A stretch of DNA of 64,000 bases. It comes from a bacterium. Lineage in GTDB: Bacteria > UBA8248. A program made the translations under genes and the position numbers. Every line of letters starts with the position of its first letter. Positions within the stretch are counted from its first letter, which is position 1. This document shows positions 37,377-47,878 of the stretch, one piece after another. Below the pieces are notes generated by a model. That model worked only from the letters and a program-made list of their open reading frames with translations. It was not told the origin of the DNA and searched no databases. The stretch covers positions 2,880,001-2,944,000 of the forward strand of contig OZ241326.1 in assembly GCA_965199855.1 (NCBI GenBank). Reading direction: 5' to 3'.

Positions 37377-39476
37377 TTAAAACAGGTATTTGATGGTGGC
37401 GGAGACGAAGTCGCGGTCGTTCAGCTGGTTGTATCGGCCCGCCCCGCCGTACATGGTGAAGCTGAAGTCGAACTGCCATCGGTTGAGGTAGCTCGCGCCC
37501 AGCCCGAGGGTGAGGGCGGTGCGATCCTCCAGAAAGGGCCCGCCCGGGCCGGGACTGACGCCCTCCACGTCGTGCTGGAACTGGAGGCGCGGGTAGAGGT
37601 TCACCGCGCCCAGGGCGTTCAGGTAGTCCAGGCGCGCCGCCAGCCGGTAGCCGTAGGAGGTGGCGGTGGCGAACCGGCCCGAAGGCTCCGCCGGGAGGCC
37701 GGCGTGCGCGCCCGCCGCCGTCGCGTGAAAGGGATTCCCGCTGGTGGTCGTGCCCGCCCCCTCCAGGCGCAGCTCGCTCTGATCCGGCATGTCGTGCACG
37801 CGCATGAGCGCGGCCTCGGCGACGAACGCCAGCCCGCTCGCCCCGAGGAGGGGGCCGAAAATCTTCGTGAGGGTTGCCTGCGCCTGGCTCACGTCGCGCT
37901 CGATGTAGCCGCGAATGTAGGCGTCCGGGGCGAAGGAGCCCACCTGGTTCCGGCAATAGAAGCGGAAGACGCTCCGGCACGGCGCGCCGCTCGCCGGGTC
38001 GGCGGCGATGGGGGTGAGCGCGGCGAAGAGGAGCTCCACATCGTCGATTTGCAGGGGCGCGTCCAGGCGGTGGGAGTATTCGCCCTGAAGCGCCCAGCCG
38101 GACGAGCCCAGCTGGGTGCTGAAGCTGAAGCCGAAGAGCTGGAGATCTTCGGGATATTCGAGAAAGTAGCCCGCCGTCTTCACGTAGCGGTCCACGGCGA
38201 GGAGGCCGGCGACGCGGCCGACCTGGGCCTGAACCTGCGAGCGGATAATCTCGGGCGGGGCGCCCGCGGGCGCAACCGCGGCGACCGCCGCGCTGATCGT
38301 CCTCGTGGTGAGGGACGCGGGCGCGGCGACGGCCCCCCCCGCCCGCTGCGCGGCCGCGACCCCCTGCGCCGTTCCCGCGCGCGCGCTGACGATGGGCAGG
38401 CGGCTGTGGTAGTTGACGAAGTAGAAGCCGAACTCGGCGCTGTTGAGGCCCTCGGCGAGGTAGCGCAGCGCGATTCCCCACTGGCCCGAGTCGTCCGGCT
38501 CGCCGTCCCGGACGCGGCGCACGCTCAGGAAGTCGGCGTCGAAGGCCGGCTGCGCCGGCTGGGGAAGCGCGACGCTCCCGAGCGCCGGGTGGGCTACCGA
38601 GAAGCCCTGGAGGTCGGCGTTGATCGCCTGCGTGAGGGCGCCGAACCCGAAGCCCGTGTCGGGGATGGCGCCCCAGCCGAGCACGGCCTTTCTCGCGCCC
38701 GCGCCGGCGAAGTCGCTTGTCGAGAAGTAGCTGCCCGGCGGGTCGATTTCGGTCTTCTTCCACCGCGCCTGATAGAAGCCCTCGACGGAGAGGGCGTCCG
38801 TCAGCGCGGCCGAGGCCGAGACCATCGGCACCGGCACCAGTCCGTCGCGCAGCTCCGCCCCCGGGGTGCGCAACTTGCTCACGTCGAAGGGATTGACGAC
38901 GTTGACGCCGTTCTGGATGAAGGTGCTCTCGCCCCAGCTGAGGACGTGGCTGCCGAGACGCAGCTCCAGAGGAACGCCGCCGAGGCGGAACGCGCCGGTG
39001 AGGTAGAGATCGAGCACGTCCACATCCTTCCCCACCATGCCCTTCGCCCTGGAGTCGAGCGGGGTGCGCTCCCTGTCGTTCCTTTCGTTTTCTAGGTCGT
39101 AGAAGCCGTGGGCGCGGACGAAGGCGCCGAAGTTGCGGTAGTTGAGCTCGAGCTCGCCGGTGAACTTCGAGGCGTTGCTCGCTATGCCGCTGTCGTAGTT
39201 GAGGTCGCCGTCGTCGGCGTTGACGGAGTTCGCCGTCCCGCCGTTGGCCCTGCCGATGAGCCGCTTGTCGCGATCGCCGACGCGCGAGGCGATTCCGTGG
39301 GAGAGCGTGATGTCCAGGCTGCCTTCGAGCTCGCCGTGGCGGAAATCCTCCGCCCCCGCCGGCGGGACGCACAGCGCCAGAGCGAGCGCGCAGGCGAGCA
39401 GGCGAAGCAGGCCGGGGACGGCCGCCGGGGCGTCCTTCCCGAAGGGGACGAGATGGTGGAATCGGGCTGGATACAT
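37377..39476 (-). CDS. DUF1302 outer-membrane protein
   Basis: NADDGDLNY, LSWGESTFI.NG..VNPFDVSKL.TPGAEL, YFVNYHSRLP, DRDFVS...YLF; start assigned at ATG 39476 with GAAGGAG SD. Confidence 0.9.
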   Translation of the reverse strand: MYPARFHHLVPFGKDAPAAVPGLLRLLACALALALCVPPAGAEDFRHGELEGSLDITLSHGIASRVGDRDKRLIGRANGGTANSVNADDGDLNYDSGIASNASKFTGELELNYRNFGAFVRAHGFYDLENERNDRERTPLDSRAKGMVGKDVDVLDLYLTGAFRLGGVPLELRLGSHVLSWGESTFIQNGVNVVNPFDVSKLRTPGAELRDGLVPVPMVSASAALTDALSVEGFYQARWKKTEIDPPGSYFSTSDFAGAGARKAVLGWGAIPDTGFGFGALTQAINADLQGFSVAHPALGSVALPQPAQPAFDADFLSVRRVRDGEPDDSGQWGIALRYLAEGLNSAEFGFYFVNYHSRLPIVSARAGTAQGVAAAQRAGGAVAAPASLTTRTISAAVAAVAPAGAPPEIIRSQVQAQVGRVAGLLAVDRYVKTAGYFLEYPEDLQLFGFSFSTQLGSSGWALQGEYSHRLDAPLQIDDVELLFAALTPIAADPASGAPCRSVFRFYCRNQVGSFAPDAYIRGYIERDVSQAQATLTKIFGPLLGASGLAFVAEAALMRVHDMPDQSELRLEGAGTTTSGNPFHATAAGAHAGLPAEPSGRFATATSYGYRLAARLDYLNALGAVNLYPRLQFQHDVEGVSPGPGGPFLEDRTALTLGLGASYLNRWQFDFSFTMYGGAGRYNQLNDRDFVSATIKYLF

Positions 39477-39583
39477 GCCGCCATGCTCTCCTTCGACCGG
39501 AACTCTTGAATGGAGACGGACGCGGGCACGAATACGCGAAAACCCCGCGTTCGTCAAGCGGCGGCGGGACGCCTTCGCGCGGG

Positions 39584-40657
39584 TCAGGAGACGCGCTTTC
39601 CGTCGGAATCGAAGAGATAGACGCGCGCCGGGTCGAACGTGACGCCCAGCCGCTCGCCCGCTTTGAAGCGGCCCGAAGCCTCGACGACGGCGATGGTCGG
39701 ACGCTCGGCGCCGTGATCGAAGTAGAGCAGCGTGTCCTTGCCGAGCGGCTCGACGAGCTGAACGTCGCACGAGAAGGCGCCGCCCTCGCCCCCCACCTGC
39801 ACGTGCTCGGGGCGGACGCCCAGGGTGTAGTCCCCCGCGGAGACGCCCGCGTAGGCGTCGGGCAGTCTGAAATCCACCCCCGCGCCGGCGAACGCGGCGG
39901 CGCCGTTGGAGTTCTCCACTTTGCCGGCGATGAGGTTCATCGAGGGGCTTCCGAAGAAGTCCGCCACGAAGTAGCTCACCGGGTCGTTGTAGATGTCGAG
40001 AGGGGTGCCCACCTGCTCGATGACGCCGTCGCGCATCACCACGATGCGATCGGCCAGCGTCATGGCCTCCTCCTGGTCGTGCGTCACATAGACAAAGGTC
40101 TTCTTGAGCTCCTCGTGCAGACGGTCGATCTCGGCGCGCATCTCGCGGCGCAGCTTGGCGTCGAGGCTCGATAGCGGCTCGTCCAGCAGGAAGGCGGCGG
40201 GGTCGGTGATGAGGGTGCGCGCGAGGGCCGCGCGCTGGGCCTCGCCGCCCGAACACTGGGCGGGCAGCTTGTCGAGGAGATGACCGATGCGGACCACGTC
40301 GGCCACCTCGCGCACGCGGCGGCGGCGCGTCTCGGGGTCCACCTTCTTCATGCGCGGGCCGAACTCGATGTTCTGCGCCACCGTCTTGTGGGGAAACAGG
40401 GCGTGCGTCTGGAACACCATGCCCACGCCCCGGTCGCCCGGGTCGACGTCGTTGACGACGCGCCCGTCGATGACGATATCGCCCTCGGTCGGCTCCTCGA
40501 AGCCGGCGACCATGCGCAGCGTGGTCGTCTTCCCGCAGCCCGAGGGGCCGACGATGACGACGAACTCGCCTTCCTCAATGGTGAAGTCGAGGTTCTTGAC
40601 GGCCTCGATGCTCCTGCCGAACACCTTGCGCAGACCCTTCAGTTCGATTCTCGCCAT
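39584..40657 (-). CDS. CUT1 ABC transporter ATP-binding protein (MalK/UgpC-like)
   Basis: GPSGCGKTT, CSGGEAQR, LLDEPLSSLD, YVTHDQEEA, TOBE region (GVRPEH, VEPLG). Confidence 0.95.
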   Translation of the reverse strand: MARIELKGLRKVFGRSIEAVKNLDFTIEEGEFVVIVGPSGCGKTTTLRMVAGFEEPTEGDIVIDGRVVNDVDPGDRGVGMVFQTHALFPHKTVAQNIEFGPRMKKVDPETRRRRVREVADVVRIGHLLDKLPAQCSGGEAQRAALARTLITDPAAFLLDEPLSSLDAKLRREMRAEIDRLHEELKKTFVYVTHDQEEAMTLADRIVVMRDGVIEQVGTPLDIYNDPVSYFVADFFGSPSMNLIAGKVENSNGAAAFAGAGVDFRLPDAYAGVSAGDYTLGVRPEHVQVGGEGGAFSCDVQLVEPLGKDTLLYFDHGAERPTIAVVEASGRFKAGERLGVTFDPARVYLFDSDGKRVS

Positions 40658-40664
40658 TGCCTTT

Positions 40665-41567
40665 TCACCTCTTCACCATTCCGAAAGTGAAACCCCGCAC
40701 CAGATGCTTTCTGATGAAAATGCCGATGATCATGAGCGGCAGGGTGATGCCCACCGACAGGGCGGCCTGGTGCCCATAGACGCGGCCCTCGTCGGAGCCT
40801 TCATACTTCGCCAGCTGGACGGGCAGGGTCACCACGTCCACCTTCGAGAGCATGAGGGAGAGCAGGTATTCGCTCCACGTCAGAATAAGGATGAACAGGA
40901 ACGTCGCCACGACGCCCGAGCGGATGAGCGGAAAGATGACCTCGCGGATCGCCTGCCACTTGCTCGCCCCCAGAATCTCGGCGGCCTGCTCGATCTCGAC
41001 GGGCACCTCGTCCACGAAGCTCTTCGTCATCCAGACGGAATAGGGCAGCGTCGTGATGAAATAGACGATGATCAGCCCCGTCGCCGTGTCCATCAGGTGA
41101 ATCGCCGAGTAATAGAGGGTGAGGGGCGCCGCCACCACGATGGGCGGGATCATCCGCAGGACGAGGAGCTGGAACATGCGAATTTCGGAGAGTATCCGGT
41201 AGCGCGAGACCCCGTAGGCCAGAATCGAGCCGAAGGCGACCGAAAGCGCGGTGGCGGTGATGGCGATGTAGAGGCTGTTCCACAGCGCCTGCCAGGGCTT
41301 GTTCGCCGAGGCCGACTCGTAGCGCGCGGTCTGCGTTTTCGCCTCGGTGGCGGAGCGGGGGCTCTCCTCCCGGCCCCACACCGCCCTGTAGTTGGCCCAG
41401 GAAGCCTCCTGCGACCAATAGACCGGCGGCCAGGCGTGCCACTCCCAGTCCGGCTTGAACGAGGTCGAGACGATCCAGAATACCGGAAACGCCACGATCA
41501 CCGACCAGACCAGGAGAGCGGCGTAGCGGAACACGTTGAACAGCCTGCCCTTCATCACCCGGTTCAT
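40665..41567 (-). CDS. Carbohydrate ABC transporter permease (MalG-like)
   Basis: TSFKP, EAA loop VPVEIEQAAEILGAS, WSEYL, VRGFTFGMVK; ATG overlaps the upstream stop. Confidence 0.92.
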   Translation of the reverse strand: MNRVMKGRLFNVFRYAALLVWSVIVAFPVFWIVSTSFKPDWEWHAWPPVYWSQEASWANYRAVWGREESPRSATEAKTQTARYESASANKPWQALWNSLYIAITATALSVAFGSILAYGVSRYRILSEIRMFQLLVLRMIPPIVVAAPLTLYYSAIHLMDTATGLIIVYFITTLPYSVWMTKSFVDEVPVEIEQAAEILGASKWQAIREVIFPLIRSGVVATFLFILILTWSEYLLSLMLSKVDVVTLPVQLAKYEGSDEGRVYGHQAALSVGITLPLMIIGIFIRKHLVRGFTFGMVKR

Positions 41568-42532
41568 GCCTGGATCTCCGGCTTCGGCGCGTCGTAGAGG
41601 GTGTCGAGGGCGCGCTTCTCGCGCCTCAGGACGTAGATGGCCGTGAGCACGATGCAAATCATGAGGAGCATGACGATGTAGGACATCGCCGCCCCCTTCG
41701 AGATGTCGAACGACACCCACGTCGTGTGGAAAAGATAGATGGGGATGGTCTCGGTGGCAGTGCCCGGCCCGCCTTGGATGAGGCCCCACGTCTTGGGAAA
41801 CTCCGCCATGGCCTCCAGGAAGCGAAGAATGAGCGCGAGAAAGATGACGGGCCGCAGGAGCGGCAACTGAATCTCGCGGAATATCTGGAGGCGGTTCGCC
41901 CCGAGGATGCGGGCGGCCTCCACGGGCTCGCTCGGCAGAGAGGAGAGGCCCGCCAGCATGATGATGAACACGAAGGGCGTCCAGTTCCACACCTCGAGCA
42001 GGATGATGGTGAAGATGGCGACGTTCGGGTTGGCCAGCCAGGTGAACTTCGAGAGGTCGCCCGGCAGGAAGTAGCTGAGGAACCCGTTGATGGGGCCCTT
42101 CTCATACAGGAGCATGTCGGCGGTGTAGGCGATGACGACGGGCACCGTCAGCATGGGGATGATGAAGAGGATGTAGAAGAACGCCTGCCCCCTGAAGGGG
42201 CGATACATCAGCAGAGCGAGGGCGAAGCCGCAGACGAAGCAGCCGAGCGTCGAGAGGCCCGCGAACAGGAGCGAGCGGCCCATCGCCCGCCAGAAGCGCT
42301 CCTCGCCCAGGACTTCCTGGAACAGCTCCAGCCCCACGAATTCCGCGTCGACCCAGGTGGAGAGATAGACCGTCCAGGAGTGGAACGAAAAATATATCTG
42401 GAGAAGAAAGACGGGTATCAGGAACGCGAACAGAAGGATGAGCGGAGAGAGAACGCTCCATTTGAACGCGCGGACGCCGCGGGCGCGGGCAGAGCGTCTG
42501 CCCTTGGGCTGCGCGAGTGTGGCCGTGGCCAT
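41564..42532 (-). CDS. Carbohydrate ABC transporter permease (MalF-like)
   Basis: FVGLE, VWNWTPF...LAGLSSLP...EAARILGA, GGPGTATET. Confidence 0.92.
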   Translation of the reverse strand: MATATLAQPKGRRSARARGVRAFKWSVLSPLILLFAFLIPVFLLQIYFSFHSWTVYLSTWVDAEFVGLELFQEVLGEERFWRAMGRSLLFAGLSTLGCFVCGFALALLMYRPFRGQAFFYILFIIPMLTVPVVIAYTADMLLYEKGPINGFLSYFLPGDLSKFTWLANPNVAIFTIILLEVWNWTPFVFIIMLAGLSSLPSEPVEAARILGANRLQIFREIQLPLLRPVIFLALILRFLEAMAEFPKTWGLIQGGPGTATETIPIYLFHTTWVSFDISKGAAMSYIVMLLMICIVLTAIYVLRREKRALDTLYDAPKPEIQA

Positions 42533-42683
42533 TCGTGAGGCTCCTGCGCTTGGGTGAGGCGGGGCTCGAAGCCGGGGCTCGTCGGAGTCGGCGGCCGGGG
42601 CGGGCCGTTTCGGCCCGCCCCGGCGCTTGAAGGAGCGTCAGGCTTCCTCCCCGGAGCAGATCCCCGGGGAGGTTCTCGCCGTC

Positions 42684-44135
42684 CTAAGAGGGGGCGTCCA
42701 CCTTCGGCATCATCGCCTTGTAGTAGGGAATCTCCCTCTTGAGCTTGCGTTTGCCGACCTTGCGGATGATCTTGGCCCACTCGCTCTGGATGTCGCCCAT
42801 GACCTTCTTGGCGCCCTTCTTGCGGCCCGCGTAGGCCTCGGAGAGATTGCGGTCGACGACTTCCTTGAACTCCTGGTAGCCGGTCACATACGGCGGCGGC
42901 GCGGTGACGAGGAGGTTGTCCCGCACCGACTTGATGCCCTCCGGCGTATAGACCTTCGTCACCTGCGGATCCGTCATGTGCTTGGGATGCCAGGGGTCGT
43001 GGAAGGTGAACTTCGGATGGCCGACCACTTCGGCGCTGTTCTTGTAGGTGCTCATGTACATCGCCCAGGCGACGGCCTGCTTCTTGCGCGGGCTGTGCCG
43101 GTTGACGACCATGCCCATCACCGGCGCGGAGAAAGCGCGGTGGATGAGCTTGCCGGAGAACTTCGATCCCGGCACCAGGCCGTAGCGCCACATGCCGCGC
43201 GTCTTCGTCTTCGCCGTCGGGCTCTCGATGAGCGCGATGATGCCGTCCCAATACTGGCAGGAGAAGATCTTGCCGTTGCGGATGCGGGGGATCATCTGCG
43301 GGGAGCCCCAGGCGCTCGCCTCGGGATGGGAGACCTGCTTGCGCGCCAGCCAGGTGTCGAAGGCGTATTCGGCCGCCGGCGTGGTGAGCGTCGGGTTGGC
43401 GTCGTCGTCGAACGGGAAGCCGCCCGCGCTGTAGAGATACATCCAGTACCAGAAGCTGCTGTTCGCCTTGTCCCGCAGCCCGCCGAAGCCGTAGAGCTCC
43501 TTGTCGGGACGGTGGAAGTGCTTCATCACCTCGAGCTCGTCCTCCCAGGTGACCGGCCACTTGAGGGGCTTGCCATGCTTGTCGGCGAAGGCCTTGCGCT
43601 CGTCGGGGTTGTCGAAGAGGTCCTTGCGGATGAACTGCGGGCAGACGTTGCCGTCCGTGGGCATGGCGTAGGTCTTGCCCTGGTAGGTCATGAAGGTCTC
43701 GAAGTTGCCCACCATCTGGAGGTCGAAGCCGGCCGCCTTCATGTAGCCGTCGAGCGGCTCGAGCATCCCCGCCGCCGCGAGGGAGGGAATCATCATGGAT
43801 TCCACGTGAAAGATGTCGAACTTGCCCGAGCGCGTGATGGCCTCGGCCATGGCGCGCTGGGGAATCTGGAGGTTGGGGACGTCGCTCACCTTCTCCATCG
43901 AGATGCCGGTGGCCTTCTTGAACTCCCGGTTGAGGTCGGGATAGTTGCGCCAGTAGAGGCCCCACATCATTCCGTTCAGCGCGGCGGCGCCGGCCTTCTT
44001 GCCCGCCTTGATGATTTTCTCCTCCTCGCTGTGCCCGCCGGCGCGCGCCGCGCCCCCGGCGAGAGCGGGGCCCGCGGCCGCCGCAGCCAGCCCGGCTTTC
44101 AGGAGGCTTCTTCGGTTGATTCTCTTCTCGCTCAT
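42684..44135 (-). CDS. Extracellular solute-binding protein (family 1) with Tat signal
   Basis: INRRSLLK twin-arginine signal, YAMPTDG, IRKDLF, WPVTWED; GAAGGAGG SD. Confidence 0.9.
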   Translation of the reverse strand: MSEKRINRRSLLKAGLAAAAAGPALAGGAARAGGHSEEEKIIKAGKKAGAAALNGMMWGLYWRNYPDLNREFKKATGISMEKVSDVPNLQIPQRAMAEAITRSGKFDIFHVESMMIPSLAAAGMLEPLDGYMKAAGFDLQMVGNFETFMTYQGKTYAMPTDGNVCPQFIRKDLFDNPDERKAFADKHGKPLKWPVTWEDELEVMKHFHRPDKELYGFGGLRDKANSSFWYWMYLYSAGGFPFDDDANPTLTTPAAEYAFDTWLARKQVSHPEASAWGSPQMIPRIRNGKIFSCQYWDGIIALIESPTAKTKTRGMWRYGLVPGSKFSGKLIHRAFSAPVMGMVVNRHSPRKKQAVAWAMYMSTYKNSAEVVGHPKFTFHDPWHPKHMTDPQVTKVYTPEGIKSVRDNLLVTAPPPYVTGYQEFKEVVDRNLSEAYAGRKKGAKKVMGDIQSEWAKIIRKVGKRKLKREIPYYKAMMPKVDAPS

Positions 44136-44290
44136 CAGGGTGATCCTCCTTCGTGCTTGGGGATTGGCTGACGGGAGAGGCGGGAAGCCCGCCCCCCGCG
44201 GCCCTCCCGAGGGAAGCCGAAAGAAGCGGAGGCTCCGCGCCGCGACCCTCAGCCCGCATATTTCTCGCTCGTGATGCGAAGATGGGCCGC

Positions 44291-44318
44291 ATTGTAGCCA
44301 AGCGGCGATTTTTGTCAA
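44291..44318 (-). promoter_or_regulatory. Putative sigma70 promoter of the ABC operon
   Basis: TTGACA-N16-TACAAT on the minus strand. Confidence 0.65.
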
Positions 44319-44403
44319 CAGGGAAGCGGGACGAAAAAAAACCGCGCGAGAAGCCCCGGAGACCGCTGTCGAATCGCTCCCCCGCGGCGAAGAGGCGCGG
44401 ACG

Positions 44404-44441
44404 AAAAAAGCCTCCCTCCCCGGCGGGCCGGGGAGGGAGGC
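44404..44441 (-). terminator. Rho-independent terminator of the usp gene
   Basis: GCCTCCCTCCCCGG-loop-CCGGGGAGGGAGGC followed by T6 on the minus strand. Confidence 0.85.
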
Positions 44442-44447
44442 CCGGGC

Positions 44448-44969
44448 TTACGCCTCGCTCGAGGCCTCCTGCGCCGATTCGATTTCCGCCATCTTCGCGG
44501 AGGCCACCTTGTCGCGGAGCAGGAACACCGGACAGGGAGCGCGCCTGAGCACCTGCTCGGAGACGCTGCCGATCAGGAAGCGGCTCACCATGTTGCGCCC
44601 GTGCGTGCCCATGACGATGAGGTCGAAATCCCCTGCCTCGGAGAAGTCGAGAATCTCCTTGGCGGGCTCCCCGAAAATGACCACGGGCTCGATGGGCGCC
44701 TCCGAGTCGATCTCGCGCACCAGGAGCTCCAGGTTGCTCTGCAGTTCGACCCGCGCGTCCTCGAGCAGGCGGCTCGGGGAGATCGACCCCACCAGCTCGG
44801 CGCTGAAGCCTCCGTATTTGGCGCCGAAGTCGGGGTTTCTCGCCACGTGGATGACCGTGACCTCCGCCTGGCGATTCTCCCCGATCTCCGCCGCGACCTT
44901 CAGGACGCCCTTGCTGAGATCCGAGAAATCGACGGGAGCCAGAATCTTTTGGGGATCGTAGATTCTCAT
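44448..44969 (-). CDS. Universal stress protein
   Basis: KILAPVDFS, DLIVMGTHGR...IGSVSEQVLRRAPCPV. Confidence 0.95.
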   Translation of the reverse strand: MRIYDPQKILAPVDFSDLSKGVLKVAAEIGENRQAEVTVIHVARNPDFGAKYGGFSAELVGSISPSRLLEDARVELQSNLELLVREIDSEAPIEPVVIFGEPAKEILDFSEAGDFDLIVMGTHGRNMVSRFLIGSVSEQVLRRAPCPVFLLRDKVASAKMAEIESAQEASSEA

Positions 44970-45280
44970 GGCGCTTCCCTCCGCGCGTGAAGAAATGTGA
45001 GGCGCCCGCCCGCGTTCAAAACCCAACAGCGGAGCCTTCGCGGCCCCGCTCTCAAGGGTGGTTCTTCAAATCCCCAGACTGCGCGTCGAGCGGCGGCCGC
45101 CCGAACTCTTTGCGCCGGCTATTCTTTGCCGTCCCCCGGGAGGCCGGCGCCTTGCTCCGGGAGACTAGAAATCATCATCCCGTTCACTCCTCTTCTTCGT
45201 CCTTCATGTCTTCAATATACGCCCTCGCGCGCCGTTTTTCAAGATGTCCCGAGGCGCGGGCGGCGAGGCCCGCATCGCCC

Positions 45281-46264
45281 TCAGTCTATCTCCACCACCA
45301 CGTTCCCGACATTCCCGAAATTCTCCATGAGCTCGTGGGCGGCGGCCGCGTCCTCGAGCGGGAAGCGCGCGCCGATGTGGTGGGTGAGCGCGCCCGCCTC
45401 GCAGGCGGCGTTGATGTCCGCGCAGGCCTTGGAGATGGCGGCATCAGGCATCGAATAGACGAACACCATGCGGATGGCCGTGTTGTTCCCCATCATCTGA
45501 TACCAGGGCAGCGTAGGCTCGGGCGCGCGCGTGGAGCCGTAGGCGGCGATGGTTCCGTTCTCTTTCAGCGCGCGGCGGGTGACCTCGAGGTTCTCGCCGA
45601 AGTCCACCTCGCAGATTCTGTCCACCCCCGCCCCGCCGGTAATCGTCATGACGCGCCCGGCGACGTTCTCCTCCCGGTAGTTCACCACGTGATCCGCGCC
45701 CGCCTCGCGCGCGATGCGCGCCTTCTCCTCGCCGCTCACGGTGGCGATGACCGAGGCACCTCCCCACTTGGCGAGCTGCACCCCGTAGCGGCCCACCGCC
45801 CCCGCCCCGCCGGTAACGAGGACTGTCTCGCCCGCTATCGGCCCATCCAGAAACAGCGCGCGGTGGGCGGTCATTGCGGGAATCGCCAGACACGCGCCTT
45901 GGGCGAAGTCCACCGAATCCGCCAGGGGAACGGCCTGACGCTCCGGCAGGACGATGAACTCCGCCGCCGTGCCGAAGGGGCGCTCCCACTGGCCGTTGAA
46001 CACCCAGACGCGCTCGCCCACGCGGGCGGCGTCCACGCCCTCGCCCACGCTCTCGACTACGCCCGCCCCGTCGGAGTGGGGGATGATTCTCGGCCAGCGC
46101 ATCTCGCCGCGCGAACCCAGGCGCGCCTTGTAGTCCGAGGGGTTCGCGCCCGAGGCGCGCAGGCGCACCCGCACCTCGCCCGCCCCGGGTTCGGGCGTCT
46201 CGATTTCGCCGAATTTCAGAACCTCTCTCGCCGGCCCGTAGGTCTCATGCCAGACAGCGCGCAT
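45281..46264 (-). CDS. NADPH:quinone reductase (zeta-crystallin-like MDR)
   Basis: GANPSD, PHSDGAG, VLVTGGAGAVG, GADHVVNY. Confidence 0.92.
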   Translation of the reverse strand: MRAVWHETYGPAREVLKFGEIETPEPGAGEVRVRLRASGANPSDYKARLGSRGEMRWPRIIPHSDGAGVVESVGEGVDAARVGERVWVFNGQWERPFGTAAEFIVLPERQAVPLADSVDFAQGACLAIPAMTAHRALFLDGPIAGETVLVTGGAGAVGRYGVQLAKWGGASVIATVSGEEKARIAREAGADHVVNYREENVAGRVMTITGGAGVDRICEVDFGENLEVTRRALKENGTIAAYGSTRAPEPTLPWYQMMGNNTAIRMVFVYSMPDAAISKACADINAACEAGALTHHIGARFPLEDAAAAHELMENFGNVGNVVVEID

Positions 46265-46362
46265 CGCCTCTCCTTGTCTCTATGCGCCCGGACGAATCGT
46301 CAGAGCGTCTTCTTATTCTCAACGGAATGAAAGCGGGGAGCCGGCATCCGGCGAGGATGACT

Positions 46363-47481
46363 TCACGCCGCCGCGCGCTCGCGCTCTATCAACTCCTCCG
46401 CGAGGGGGACGAGGTCGCGCGCGGCGCGCTCGCACTCCTCCACGTGTGGGTAGCCCGAGAGGATGAACTCGTCTATCCCCAGCCGCCAGTAGGCGAGAAG
46501 CGCCTCCGCGATCTGCGCGGGCGTTCCCACGAGGGCGGAGCCGCAGTTCACCCGCACCTGGGAGATGCCGTTCCAGAGGCGCGGGGCCACCCGAAAATCC
46601 TCGAAGGCGCGCGCCTGGGCGGCCGCGCCCACCATGCCGGAGCCGGCGAGGAGCGCGGCGCGCTGGGCCTTCACGGAATCCTCCGCCCGGCTGAGCAGGG
46701 CGCGCGTCTCCTCCCAGGCTTCCGCCTCGGTCTCGCGCATCACCAGATGGGAGCGCACCCCGAAGGCGGGCCGCCGCCCCGCCGCCCCGAAGGAGGCCCG
46801 CGCCCGCTCCAGGTGCTTTTCGGTCTCCTCTATCGGGCCTATCCAGCCGAGATAGACGTCCGACTGCGCCCCCGCCAGTTTGAGCGCGGCCGGCGAGGCG
46901 CCGCCCAGATAGAACTTCGGCCCCTCCCCTGCCGGGCCGGGCGAGCAGTGGACGCCGGCCAGCCGCACGAATTTCCCCTCGAAGCGCACAGGGTCGGGCC
47001 TTTCCCAGAGTTTGCGAATCGCGGCGATGAATTCCTCCGCCCGCTCGTAGCGCGTGTCGTGGTCGATGCGCTCGCCCATCTTCTCGAACTCGCCCTTGAT
47101 GCCGCCGGGCACGACGTTCAAATCCACCCGCCCGTCCGTTATCTGGCTGAGGGTGGCGGCCATCTGCGCGAAAAGGCCGGTATTCACGAACCCCGGCCGA
47201 ACGGCGACCAGAAAGCGGATGCGCTCGCTGCGCGCCGCCAGGGCGCTCACCATCGTCCAGGTCTCCGCCAGGGGCGCGCGCTCGTCGAAAAGCCCGTTGG
47301 CGAAGCGCGTGGGAATCAGCAGGGAGTGGAAGCCGCCCTCCTCCGCCGTCCGCACCACCCGGCTCAGGTATTCATAGGTGGGTGGTCGCTCCGCCCGCGC
47401 CGTGCCGATATGCGCCCCGTCGCCGTCAACCGGGATGAACCAGTCGAAGCGGGGCGCCGGGCGCTCCTGATTCCGCGTCAT
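46363..47481 (-). CDS. LLM-class flavin-dependent monooxygenase (SsuD-like)
   Basis: WFIPVDGDG, FLVAVRPG, YLGGASP, ALVGTP, FILSGYPHVEE. Confidence 0.9.
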   Translation of the reverse strand: MTRNQERPAPRFDWFIPVDGDGAHIGTARAERPPTYEYLSRVVRTAEEGGFHSLLIPTRFANGLFDERAPLAETWTMVSALAARSERIRFLVAVRPGFVNTGLFAQMAATLSQITDGRVDLNVVPGGIKGEFEKMGERIDHDTRYERAEEFIAAIRKLWERPDPVRFEGKFVRLAGVHCSPGPAGEGPKFYLGGASPAALKLAGAQSDVYLGWIGPIEETEKHLERARASFGAAGRRPAFGVRSHLVMRETEAEAWEETRALLSRAEDSVKAQRAALLAGSGMVGAAAQARAFEDFRVAPRLWNGISQVRVNCGSALVGTPAQIAEALLAYWRLGIDEFILSGYPHVEECERAARDLVPLAEELIERERAAA

Positions 47482-47589
47482 GCCGAAGGCTCCAAAGGCG
47501 GGTCGGGTTCCACGCGCTGCGACTCAGGCATTCTAGGGCAAACGGGCGGCGGAAGGAAGGCGGGAACTGGCCGGTCAGGGAGCGAAAAC

Positions 47590-47875
47590 GGGACGCATAT
47601 ATGCGCCCCCTGCAATCGAACGTCGCCGCCTCCGGCACCAAAGAATATATCGTCCGTAGAGGGCGTTCGTGAACGCCCCGCGCTCTCCGATGCGAACGGC
47701 TCCCGGGAACGGGCGGTTCGAGAACCGCGGGGAGACCCCGAGGAGAAGCCGCCCCTGCGGGGAGGGGCGCGACACCCTCCGCTCTCGTCATTCCGGCGCG
47801 TCCTCTAGCCGGAACCCGGGAGCGGCCTCCGGTCTCTCCCGTTCGTCTGGATCCCGGCTTGCGCCGGAATGACGG
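47590..47875. repeat. Degenerate REP array III
   Basis: GGGACGCATATATGCGCCCCCTGC, GTAGAGGGCGTTCGTGAACGCCCC, and an inverted CGTCATTCCGG...CCGGAATGACG pair. Confidence 0.8.
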
Positions 47876-47878
47876 CTC

